From Bacteroidales bacterium (GTDB lineage: Bacteria > Bacteroidota > Bacteroidia > Bacteroidales > WCHB1-69): 64,000 nucleotides of DNA. Below the pieces are notes generated by a model that was given only the letters and a program-made list of their open reading frames with translations, was not told the DNA's origin and did no database searches. How positions within the stretch are numbered: position 1 is the stretch's first letter; the number at the start of each line of letters is the position of its first letter. Both the position numbers and the translations under genes were made by a program. Positions 20,631 through 28,813 of this stretch are shown piece after piece. Location of the stretch: NCBI GenBank assembly GCA_017551725.1, contig JAFZKY010000037.1:18071-82070 (forward strand). Reading direction: 5' to 3'.

Positions 20631-20638
20631 TATTTTTG
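20631..20638 (+). promoter_or_regulatory. -7 box TATTTTTG upstream of the S9 peptidase gene
   Basis: GTATTTTTGCC, 57 nt upstream of ATG 20695. Confidence 0.4.
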
Positions 20639-20694
20639 CCGCATCATCAAACACAACGTATATTCAAATAACACAACAAATAACATCTTTTTAC

Positions 20695-22875
20695 ATGAAA
20701 AAAATACTCTTGCTCACCCTCATGCTGACCGCCACCATACTCTCTTTCGGTCAGGCCAAGAAAATCACCATTGAAGAAATCTGGGACAAATACTACTTCA
20801 CCCCCAGAGGCGTGCCGGGCTACACGGCCATGCCCAACAGCGACTATTACACCACCGTCTCGCGGGCCGGCATCGAGCGCTACAGCTTCGCCACCGGCGA
20901 GCAGGTGGACATGATCCTGACCAACGCCGACCTCAATCGTCTCAGCGGAGGCTCCGTCAACATCAGCAAGGTAAGCGGCTATGAGTTTTCCTCTGACGAG
21001 AAGAAGATGATGATTGCCGTGGACGAGGAGAGCATCTGGCGCCGCTCCACCCTGGCCTTCTACTATGTTTATGATAGAGAAAACAAGACCCTGCAACTGG
21101 TGGCTGACACCAACACCAAGCTGCATTTCGCCTTCCTCTCCGAAGATGGCCAGAAGGTGCTCTTCGCCCGCGACTGCGACCTCTTCTACCAGGACATGGC
21201 CACCGGCAAGATCACGCAGATCACCCGCGACGGACAGGAAAACGCCATCCTCAACGGCTATGCCGACTGGGTGTATGAAGAGGAACTGGACATGTCGAGT
21301 GCCGCCTCCTGGTCGCCCGACGGCAGCAAGATCGCCTTCCTGCGCTTCGACCAGCGCCGTGTGAAGGAGTACAACTTCGCCCTCTATGACAACCTCTACC
21401 CCACCGACTTCAAATACAAATACCCGAAGGCCGGCGAGGACAACTCCCTGGTGGACGTTTACATCTACGACCTCGCCGCCCAGCAGCTCACCAAAGTGGA
21501 TTTGGGTGACAACAGCAACTGCTACTTCCCGCGTGTCTATTGGATGCCCAACAGCCAGGAGGCCGTCATCCTCAAGCTCAACCGCCACCAGAACCAGCTG
21601 GATTTCATCCGTTACAACACCGTCACCAAGCAGCAGGACATCGTCTATACCGACAAGAACGACAAATGGCTGGACGTGACCGACAACTACTATTTCCTGA
21701 AAGACGGCAAGACGATGATCGTGACCTCCGAGCGCGACGGTTTCAACCATATATATAAGGTAACGTTCGGCGGCGAGATCAAGCAGCTGACCTCCGGCAA
21801 CTGGGAAGTGAACGAGATCCAGTATGTGAACGAAGCCAAGAAACAGATTTACTACCTCTCGAACGAGAGCGGCGTGCTGAACCGCGACCTCTACGTCATC
21901 AACTTCGACGGCAAGAAGAAGGCGCTCATCAGCAGCGGCGACGGCTGGAACCAGACCTCGTTCAGTCCCAACGGCAACTTCTACCGCAACCAGTACTCCA
22001 ACCTCAACACGCTGCCGATTTACACCATCCGCGACGCCAAGGGCAAGGAGCTGCGCGTGCTCAACGACAACAAGAACGTGAAAGAGACGATGGGCAAATA
22101 CGGCTTCGTGGACCGCGAAATCATACACTTCACCACGGACGACGGCACCGAGCTGTACGGCTGGATGATGAAGCCGGCCAATTTCAACCCCAACAAGCGC
22201 TATCCGGTGATGATGACCTGCTACGGCGGTCCGGGCAGCCAGCAGGTGATGAACGCCTACAGCAGTGCGTACGACCTCGCCTTCTACCAGATGCTGGCGC
22301 AGCACGGCTACATCTGCGTGTGCGTGGACGGGCGCGGCACGGCCACGAGGGGCGACGCTTTCAAGAAGGTCATCTACCAGCAGATGGGCAAGTACGAGGC
22401 CATCGACCAGATTGCCGCCGCCAACTGGCTGAAGAAGCAATCGTACGTGGACGGCGACCGCATCGGCATCTGGGGCTGGAGCTTCGGCGGCTATCTCTCC
22501 GCATTGTCGCTGTTCCGCGGCGAAGGCGCCTTCAAGATGGCCATCTCCGTGGCACCGGTCACCAACTGGCGCTACTACGACAACATCTACACCGAGCGGT
22601 TCATGCGCACCCCGCAGGAGAACCCCGACGGCTACGACCTCAACTCGCCCACCACGTATGCCAAGGACCTCAAGGGCAAATACTTGCTCATCCACGGCAC
22701 TGCCGACGACAACGTGCACTTCCAGAACGCCATGGAGTTGGTGAAGGCGCTGAACGAGGCCGGCGTGGAATACGACCAGTTCTTCTTCCCCAACAAGAAC
22801 CACTTCATCATGGGCGGCAACACCCGCACATATCTGTACAACAAGCTGGCGAAGTATATTTTGGAGAATTTGTAA
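20695..22875 (+). CDS. S9B-family dipeptidyl-peptidase IV-like serine peptidase
   Basis: 726 aa from ATG 20695 with a signal peptide and a DPPIV N-terminal propeller region. Has the nucleophile elbow GWSFGGY, and Asp (HGTADDNVH) and His (NKNHF) in catalytic-triad-like positions. Confidence 0.85.
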   Translation: MKKILLLTLMLTATILSFGQAKKITIEEIWDKYYFTPRGVPGYTAMPNSDYYTTVSRAGIERYSFATGEQVDMILTNADLNRLSGGSVNISKVSGYEFSSDEKKMMIAVDEESIWRRSTLAFYYVYDRENKTLQLVADTNTKLHFAFLSEDGQKVLFARDCDLFYQDMATGKITQITRDGQENAILNGYADWVYEEELDMSSAASWSPDGSKIAFLRFDQRRVKEYNFALYDNLYPTDFKYKYPKAGEDNSLVDVYIYDLAAQQLTKVDLGDNSNCYFPRVYWMPNSQEAVILKLNRHQNQLDFIRYNTVTKQQDIVYTDKNDKWLDVTDNYYFLKDGKTMIVTSERDGFNHIYKVTFGGEIKQLTSGNWEVNEIQYVNEAKKQIYYLSNESGVLNRDLYVINFDGKKKALISSGDGWNQTSFSPNGNFYRNQYSNLNTLPIYTIRDAKGKELRVLNDNKNVKETMGKYGFVDREIIHFTTDDGTELYGWMMKPANFNPNKRYPVMMTCYGGPGSQQVMNAYSSAYDLAFYQMLAQHGYICVCVDGRGTATRGDAFKKVIYQQMGKYEAIDQIAAANWLKKQSYVDGDRIGIWGWSFGGYLSALSLFRGEGAFKMAISVAPVTNWRYYDNIYTERFMRTPQENPDGYDLNSPTTYAKDLKGKYLLIHGTADDNVHFQNAMELVKALNEAGVEYDQFFFPNKNHFIMGGNTRTYLYNKLAKYILENL

Positions 22876-23203
22876 AAGTAAATTATTTCCATTGCAGCTG
22901 ACCATAGGTCGCCACAACCAACGGTCTACAACCAAAAAGTGTTGGCCAGATCAGACAACAGTATCGTTTATTATAGTAGCACCTCCGCGCCGCAAGGGAC
23001 TTGTTCCCCTTCTATTGTAGGGGTGGCTGCAAGCCAGGGTAGTATTAAGGTATTTTATTCCTTATACATCTACCCCGCCCTTCGGGCACCCCTTCTTAAA
23101 AAAAGAAGGGGAATATTGGGGATGCCCGCACAGGTGTGCGGACAACGGGTCAACTACTATATCATTACCTTTTTATTAGAACTTATGATGAGAAATTATA
23201 TTA
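22844..23203 (+). repeat. Left copy of a ~360-nt direct repeat (last 32 nt of the peptidase CDS plus 328 nt non-coding)
   Basis: Hand alignment to 27645-28003 gives 14 substitutions and 2 small indels. Confidence 0.9.
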
Positions 23204-23408
23204 TAGACAGGAAGCAAATTCATCTATCATTAATTTCGACTCGAGAAGGAATTATAACCTGATCAATTGCCAAAATTCCTACCTCCCGTAACCAGTTTTC
23301 TGATAACGCCTATCAACAAACAGTATAAAAATATTCCACTCACCCTTCATTTTTTTATGTTATTTAAAACAAAACTCTCATCAGCATCAACTACATTTTT
23401 TAATATAG

Positions 23409-25640
23409 TCACTTCCTCCAGTGTCTTATTATAGCAACATCTTTAACGACAGAGGCCTCACCCTTGTAGATAATATCAATGCGATAATCAGCGGCATCAG
23501 TGTATATATATAGTGGAATGACTTCTTCATTTCTGGGTTTGTAATCAAAATGCAGATGAATAGATGTGCCTGAGAGGTAATTGTCGGTGGGTAACAATGC
23601 ATCAGGTTTATCCAAGGGATAGATAGAAAACACAGGGTCTGCCATTACCAAGGTACGTGGCAAATCAATGCTAAGCGTGTTATCAGACTTTCGAATCCTT
23701 TGGATCAAACGTTTCCACCACGATGCTTGCTCGGCTGGATTATTTTTGAGTGGCGACACGCTGACGCCCTGGCGCAGAGTTCTTTGTAACTGTGCCGGTT
23801 CAAGTGAATACCTATTGAGATACTCTTTAAGTGCCTGTTTCTGTTGCTGGTTAAGCACTTCACATTCTCCTCGTTTTTTAGAAAGAGCGTGGTTCTTCTT
23901 ATAATCCACAGCATCAATCCAGCAAATGCGGTCGTCGGTCATAGCGATAGCACGGATGCGGGTGATGTCTTTATAGTTCTTGTCGGGATAACTCAATTCT
24001 ATGGTTCCTAAATCTGCTGTGGAATGAGGTTCGATAATGTTTGAGGCTTTGGGCACCTTGACCACATCATATTCATCCTTGTACATGTCCGTATAATGGA
24101 TGCAGAGGAAGACTCGTACATTCTCGAATCTCAAGTCGGAACGGTTATTGATGCTCACACGTACTGTGTAATTATCGTCCCAGAAAAGCCATTTCGATTT
24201 CGGGTCGACTAATACATCCAAATATGATTGTTCGAGTAATAGACTTTTAAAAGGTCCAAAGAGGTGTTCTTCGCAAAATTGCATATCAGAGAGCAACTCA
24301 TCATAAACACCTTGATTACCGCGGCGAAAGAAATGATTGTATATTTCTTTTTGACTCTCATCCAATTTACCTTTTTGGTTATAGTAAATTGCCTTTAAGA
24401 GATTGGGACTGAAGAGTCCATACCCTTCCATGGTGGAGGCATAGAGACGACGTAGATATTGTCCTTCCGGGGTTTTGGTTAGGTAATAGCGCATATTATA
24501 TGCATCAAGCATATCAGTGAGGTGTTCGGCTTGACGGGGGTACTCCACCGCAGCTTGATTGAACTTGAGGAGTGCGCTCCGCTCGTCGCCAAGTTGCTGA
24601 CAGATCAAGCCTTCAAGAACCAATGCAGGCGCAGTCCTATCAGGATAAAGTTTGTTATATTGTTGCAGGATATCAATAGCTGCCTTTTGATTGCTGTTCA
24701 AGGAATACATTCCATATAAAGTGTCATTGAGCAATTCGTCATGTATGTTATGGGACTCCGTTACAATATGATTTATACTGATGGTATTCATTGGTTGTGT
24801 CCCAGACACACTTCCGAGAATGAGTCCCAATGACTGCAGAAGCATAGCCTCTGAATTAGTGGGATATTTCTTTAAGATATTTTGGGTGTGGATGATGGCT
24901 TTGACAATATCTCCGGCATAGAGATCAAAGTATGCCTGATCTTTTTCGACACAAAGGCCATCATATTCCTGCATATATTTCTTGTAGATAGGAACATAGT
25001 ACTCTAAAAAATTGCGATACGCGAACCGTAATTTTTCAAGGTCTTCTCGTATCTTACCTTTCAATTCCCTATCCTTCTCGTAACTGGCAAAAGCTTCGTC
25101 TATGGTTTTATTGGCATCACTGCCGGCTGCAATCTCGAACAAAGCAAAGGGGGCTTCATTCATCATGAGAGCGAGCCTCCCCCAATTAATATCCTTGGAC
25201 AAACTCTCACAACCTTGTGCCAAACTGCTCAACAACAACCATGTGTTGTCCATCTGCTCATACTGTTGCTGCAACTTGTAGGTGTATTCCAGAAGAGGGA
25301 ACAGTTTACATTTGGCTTCCAACACTTCTGGAGCAACACCGCTGTAATCTTGTCCTGCCATGTAGTCCAAAAAGTCGTCATAGTTTTCCGACCTCACTTG
25401 CGCTAATTCCATAGCATTAATGATTCGGATTGTTTGTTCAATGTCGTACGTAGTATTGGTTTGTTTATGGCTGCTAATCGCATTGTAGGCAGCAACAAAC
25501 TCCTCCATGGGCTTATATTGCTCTATATTGACATTGAGTAAATCATTAACAATGGATTGACGGCAACCACTAACGAGAACCACTAACAACAACAGAGTTG
25601 TAGTCAGCCAAAGAGTTGACGATTGAAAAACACGTTTCAT
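23409..25640 (-). CDS. Large lipoprotein of unknown function (helical/TPR-like N-terminal part, beta-rich C-terminal part)
   Basis: 743 aa with a lipoprotein signal LLLVVLVSG-C. No nucleotide-binding or catalytic motif recognised. Confidence 0.65.
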   Translation of the reverse strand: MKRVFQSSTLWLTTTLLLLVVLVSGCRQSIVNDLLNVNIEQYKPMEEFVAAYNAISSHKQTNTTYDIEQTIRIINAMELAQVRSENYDDFLDYMAGQDYSGVAPEVLEAKCKLFPLLEYTYKLQQQYEQMDNTWLLLSSLAQGCESLSKDINWGRLALMMNEAPFALFEIAAGSDANKTIDEAFASYEKDRELKGKIREDLEKLRFAYRNFLEYYVPIYKKYMQEYDGLCVEKDQAYFDLYAGDIVKAIIHTQNILKKYPTNSEAMLLQSLGLILGSVSGTQPMNTISINHIVTESHNIHDELLNDTLYGMYSLNSNQKAAIDILQQYNKLYPDRTAPALVLEGLICQQLGDERSALLKFNQAAVEYPRQAEHLTDMLDAYNMRYYLTKTPEGQYLRRLYASTMEGYGLFSPNLLKAIYYNQKGKLDESQKEIYNHFFRRGNQGVYDELLSDMQFCEEHLFGPFKSLLLEQSYLDVLVDPKSKWLFWDDNYTVRVSINNRSDLRFENVRVFLCIHYTDMYKDEYDVVKVPKASNIIEPHSTADLGTIELSYPDKNYKDITRIRAIAMTDDRICWIDAVDYKKNHALSKKRGECEVLNQQQKQALKEYLNRYSLEPAQLQRTLRQGVSVSPLKNNPAEQASWWKRLIQRIRKSDNTLSIDLPRTLVMADPVFSIYPLDKPDALLPTDNYLSGTSIHLHFDYKPRNEEVIPLYIYTDAADYRIDIIYKGEASVVKDVAIIRHWRK

Positions 25641-25740
25641 AACACAACCTGAAGTATTATTTCTTCCACAAAAGATTACTTTTATCTTGATAATTATTAA
25701 ATATAACAGTGAAAAAACTTATTGTAACAATACTATTTTG

Positions 25741-26496
25741 TTATTTTGATTCCACAGCATCTAACTTGTCCACAAATCGCATAAACATAAAAATAAACAC
25801 TATTTGCCAAATGTCAAGTAACGCATAAAATATTTGTCCAAGCACTGGTAATCCAAGTGCTAATAGTAACGAACACATAATAACAGATACGGCACCAACA
25901 AGCAAAAGTCCTGAAACATATACTTTCAAATAAGTTCCTAATGCTTGCACTTTTTTCCAAAGATCAAAATTGTGTATTTGAAATGCCGACCATTTTTTCT
26001 CCATTTCTTTTGCCATTACAAAAGAGCATACGATACAGGCAACAAAAAGAAATAACCCAATCACCCCTATTATATAAAACACTATCGATTCCGTAGGCAA
26101 GAAATCTAATAAGAAACGAATAATAGTCGCCGAAGTCAGCAAACACATTAATGCTTTGGACGTCACAATTCTCGCTTCATCAGGCAAATAATCATTGAAC
26201 TTGTTCAACTTAAACAATACAAGTATGTATAATATTCCAACAAATTCATCCGCGAATAGACCAAGGAAAGACCAGGAATGAAATTGTATTTTATTACCAT
26301 AAATGAAATCGTTTAATGTTATGATATCACCATTGGCAATATTCAATATGATTTGGCATATAAGAAAAAATATACCTAAACCGCAACAAATGGAAATCAG
26401 CGTTCCATCAAAAACATCCTTTACAAAACAGTGCCCACATTCAGGGCAATTAAGAGAGTATTCAGGGGCCTCCGTCCCACATTTTTGACATTTCAT
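25741..26496 (-). CDS. Zinc-ribbon-fused polytopic membrane protein
   Basis: 251 aa. N-terminal CxxC...CxxC (MKCQKCGTEAPEYSLNCPECGHCF) is followed by about 6 hydrophobic helices. Confidence 0.65.
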   Translation of the reverse strand: MKCQKCGTEAPEYSLNCPECGHCFVKDVFDGTLISICCGLGIFFLICQIILNIANGDIITLNDFIYGNKIQFHSWSFLGLFADEFVGILYILVLFKLNKFNDYLPDEARIVTSKALMCLLTSATIIRFLLDFLPTESIVFYIIGVIGLFLFVACIVCSFVMAKEMEKKWSAFQIHNFDLWKKVQALGTYLKVYVSGLLLVGAVSVIMCSLLLALGLPVLGQIFYALLDIWQIVFIFMFMRFVDKLDAVESK

Positions 26497-26546
26497 AATA
26501 TTTATCTTTTAAAAAAAATACTGACACTTGATGACTTCATCTCACA

Positions 26547-26930
26547 CTAAAGTCCTTTATAAATATTCCAAAACCAATTCACTATAATGACTAGAATGAT
26601 GAAAAACGTTATTATAGGATGTGCTATTTTCGCCATGATATTATGCATCATGTGTGTGTTTTTAAAATAGTCCACCCACGAAAGGATAAGGAAAACCGGA
26701 ATTAGGATACATAATATGACAGAAAGTGGGTTAATGTTCAATGCTCCCTTGATATCCATAGCCATTAATGCATGAATAACCCGCACCCCGCCACAACCAG
26801 GACAAGGTAATCCAGTAATGCGATGAAACGGGCAAAAAGGGTGGAGAGGAATCTTGCTCTCCACCTTTATCCAAAAAAAAGAGAAAACAATAATTACTGT
26901 AAATAATAATTGTTTACGACATTCCTTCAT
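26547..26930 (-). CDS. DUF2752-family membrane protein
   Basis: 127 aa with CPFHRITGLPCPGCGGVR, the DUF2752 signature as I remember it. Its ATG overlaps the TM2 gene stop (TAATG). Confidence 0.7.
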   Translation of the reverse strand: MKECRKQLLFTVIIVFSFFWIKVESKIPLHPFCPFHRITGLPCPGCGGVRVIHALMAMDIKGALNINPLSVILCILIPVFLILSWVDYFKNTHMMHNIMAKIAHPIITFFIILVIIVNWFWNIYKGL

Positions 26931-27271
26931 TAAAACATCAGAGATTCGTTAAACAATTTGAAATTATAATCATAGGTTTTTTGTTTTATTGAGCACCAAT
27001 CAATAATGGTCCAAATGCCGCATCCACCACAAGTCAGTAGCTTAGCAACACCAAGTCCTGTATCCCCTAACATAAAACGATCCACCCCATAACTCCCTAA
27101 AAAAATAGAAACAATAAGCATGGTTGTTGGATTCTTGAACGATGTGGATGCGACTTGTACATCTTTCCCTTCAGGCAAGGAGGCGAGCTTCTCTTTGATC
27201 ATAACCCATTGTTGAACTGTAAAGCATTCTTTGTTTGCCATCACAAACATGTCAATTTTTGATTGATCCAT
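26930..27271 (-). CDS. TM2-domain membrane protein
   Basis: [36 protein letters not shown] is a typical TM2 domain. The start was chosen at ATG 27271 ([15 protein letters not shown]); an in-frame ATG at 27394 would add 41 aa. Confidence 0.75.
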   Translation of the reverse strand: MDQSKIDMFVMANKECFTVQQWVMIKEKLASLPEGKDVQVASTSFKNPTTMLIVSIFLGSYGVDRFMLGDTGLGVAKLLTCGGCGIWTIIDWCSIKQKTYDYNFKLFNESLMF

Positions 27272-27579
27272 ACAAAATCCCTTATCCGTGTCGGGCACAA
27301 CTTTTAGTTGCACGGCTCGATGCTGAAAGACACTCACGAAAAAGTGGAGCCATCCTTTTCGCCTCATCCTCAATGGTTGGGCTTGGACTCCCATGTATAA
27401 ACAAGATAAGGACTATGAATTGACCCCACCTGTAGTATGTCGTATTTAACGAATACATATCAAGTGAGCCACTATTCCCTATTCTGTGTTTATACTATAG
27501 CGAAGTGTCCAAGTTCACCATTGACAGAATAAACGAAAAGCACTCTTTTCGGCAAACCAATACTTTTGGTTTACGAGTG

Positions 27580-27587
27580 CAAAAATA
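27580..27587 (-). promoter_or_regulatory. -7 box (TATTTTTG) for the island operon
   Basis: GTGCAAAAATACC on the plus strand, about 300 nt upstream of ATG 27271. Confidence 0.35.
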
Positions 27588-27644
27588 CCATTTTTTCTTT
27601 AAAAGAATACAAAAAAATGTCTTTTTTAGTAAAATTACAGATTC

Positions 27645-28003
27645 AGCTGGCGAAGTACATTTTGGAGAATTTGTAAAAGTAAATTATTTCCATTGCAGCT
27701 GACCATAGGTCGCCACAGCCAACGGCCTACAACCAAAAAGTGTTGGCCTGATCAGACAACAGTATCGTTTATTATAGTGGCACCTCCGCGCCGCAAGGGG
27801 ACTTGTTCCCCTTCTATTGTAGGGGTGGCTGCAAGCCAGGGTAGTAATATGGTTTTTTATTCCTTATACATCTACCCCGCCCTTCGGGCACCCCTTCTTT
27901 AAAAGAAGGGGAATTTTGGGGATGCCCGCACGGATGTGCGGACAGTGGGTCAACTACTATATCATTACCTTTTTATTAGAACTTATGATGAGAAATTATA
28001 TTA
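27645..28003 (+). repeat. Right copy of the ~360-nt direct repeat, carrying an orphan 3' tail of the peptidase gene
   Basis: It starts AGCTGGCGAAGTACATTTTGGAGAATTTGTAA (LAKYILENL*), and no upstream coding sequence is attached. Confidence 0.9.
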
Positions 28004-28014
28004 CTCACAATAAA

Positions 28015-28061
28015 TAAAAAAAGCTATCAGCCAATGACAAGTAGCCAATAGCTAATAGCTT
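28015..28061 (-). terminator. Intrinsic terminator of the 201-aa gene
   Basis: On the minus strand, AAGCTATTAGC ... GCTGATAGCTT forms a roughly 11-bp stem followed by TTTTTTTATTT. Confidence 0.5.
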
Positions 28062-28085
28062 ATTTGTAACGAGTAAAATTGTGAA

Positions 28086-28691
28086 TTACTCCTTTTTCGG
28101 CAGTCTTTCGCGAACTTCCGCCAAGAATTCTTCCGTATCGATGCCGATAGCCTTGGCCTCCTCCACGAGAACAGCCTCCTCTTCGGGCGTGATGACTCCG
28201 TCTTCCAGGATGGCGGCCACTTTCGTGTCGAGCGTGTTGAGCAGGCTCTCTTTCTCGGTAGTGTCTTCCGGAGACTCCTGAAGTTTCTTGCCCATCTTGA
28301 TCAGCACCGGGAGGTTGGCCAGCGTGCCGAGCTTCTCAAGTGCTTTGCCGCTCATCTCCTTCGCCTTGTCGGCGGCATCGCCCACCTTTTCAGCGAATTT
28401 GCTGTCCTTGATGTCCTCCACCATGTCTTTGGCTTTGTCGCGGACATTACCGGCCACATCCGCCACCTTCCCGCCAAACTCGGAGTTCTTGACATCTTCC
28501 ACCATGTCTTTGGCCTTGTCGCGGACATTACCGGCCACATCCGCCACCTTTCCGCCAAATTCGGAGTTCTTGACATCTTCCACGGTGTCTTGCACTTTTT
28601 CTTTAACCTCTTTCGAAGTTTTTCTGAACAAATCCAAAAACTTTTGGACGCAAGATTTCTTTTCAGAATCTGAATTGTAATTTTCTGCCAT
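28086..28691 (-). CDS. Hydrophilic repeat protein (LEA/CsbD/YtxH-like stress-protein flavour), function unknown
   Basis: 201 aa, highly charged, with 27-aa tandem repeats DVKNSEFGGKVADVAGNVRDKAKDMVE. Confidence 0.65.
   Translation of the reverse strand: MAENYNSDSEKKSCVQKFLDLFRKTSKEVKEKVQDTVEDVKNSEFGGKVADVAGNVRDKAKDMVEDVKNSEFGGKVADVAGNVRDKAKDMVEDIKDSKFAEKVGDAADKAKEMSGKALEKLGTLANLPVLIKMGKKLQESPEDTTEKESLLNTLDTKVAAILEDGVITPEEEAVLVEEAKAIGIDTEEFLAEVRERLPKKE
28407..28595. repeat. 81-bp in-frame tandem repeat, about 2.3 copies
   Basis: Units at 28407-28487 and 28488-28568, with a partial unit at 28569-28595 and a few substitutions between units. Confidence 0.85.
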
Positions 28692-28716
28692 AATTTTGAA
28701 GTTTTAATTTGAAAAG

Positions 28717-28724
28717 CAAAAATA
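28717..28724 (-). promoter_or_regulatory. -7 box (TATTTTTG) upstream of the 201-aa gene
   Basis: GCAAAAATAC on the plus strand, 26 nt upstream of ATG 28691. Confidence 0.45.
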
Positions 28725-28780
28725 CATTTTTTTCAGAAATAAAGAAGCCATCACCCCATACGCAGGTTAATAAAAAAGAT

Positions 28781-28788
28781 TATCTTTG
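28781..28788 (+). promoter_or_regulatory. -7 box TATCTTTG upstream of the S46 peptidase gene
   Basis: TTATCTTTGCACC, 26 nt upstream of ATG 28814. Confidence 0.5.
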
Positions 28789-28813
28789 CACCTCACAAAC
28801 TAACATCATCAAT

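Larger units (their letters stand above)
23204..27644. mobile_element. AT-rich genomic island bounded by the direct repeats; no recombinase gene detected
   Basis: There is a sharp compositional drop relative to the flanks. The island also lacks the long antisense ORFs seen opposite most of the large flanking genes. It is bounded by ~360-nt direct repeats. Confidence 0.5.

Noticed and set aside
22939-23262. A 107-aa ORF inside the left direct repeat, and a 69-aa ORF (27693..27902) inside the right repeat.
   Set aside because: The two repeat copies differ by a 1-nt indel and a 2-nt indel, so the two ORFs lie in different frames with different ends. There is no conserved coding potential, and the sequence is hairpin-rich. 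I treat it as non-coding.
23204-27644. An integrase, transposase or excisionase, or terminal inverted repeats, that would define a classical mobile element.
   Set aside because: None of the ORFs of 60 aa or more in the island shows recombinase motifs (no R..H..R..Y or DDE patterns recognised). The island ends are direct rather than inverted repeats. Mobility therefore remains an inference from composition and the duplicated flank only.
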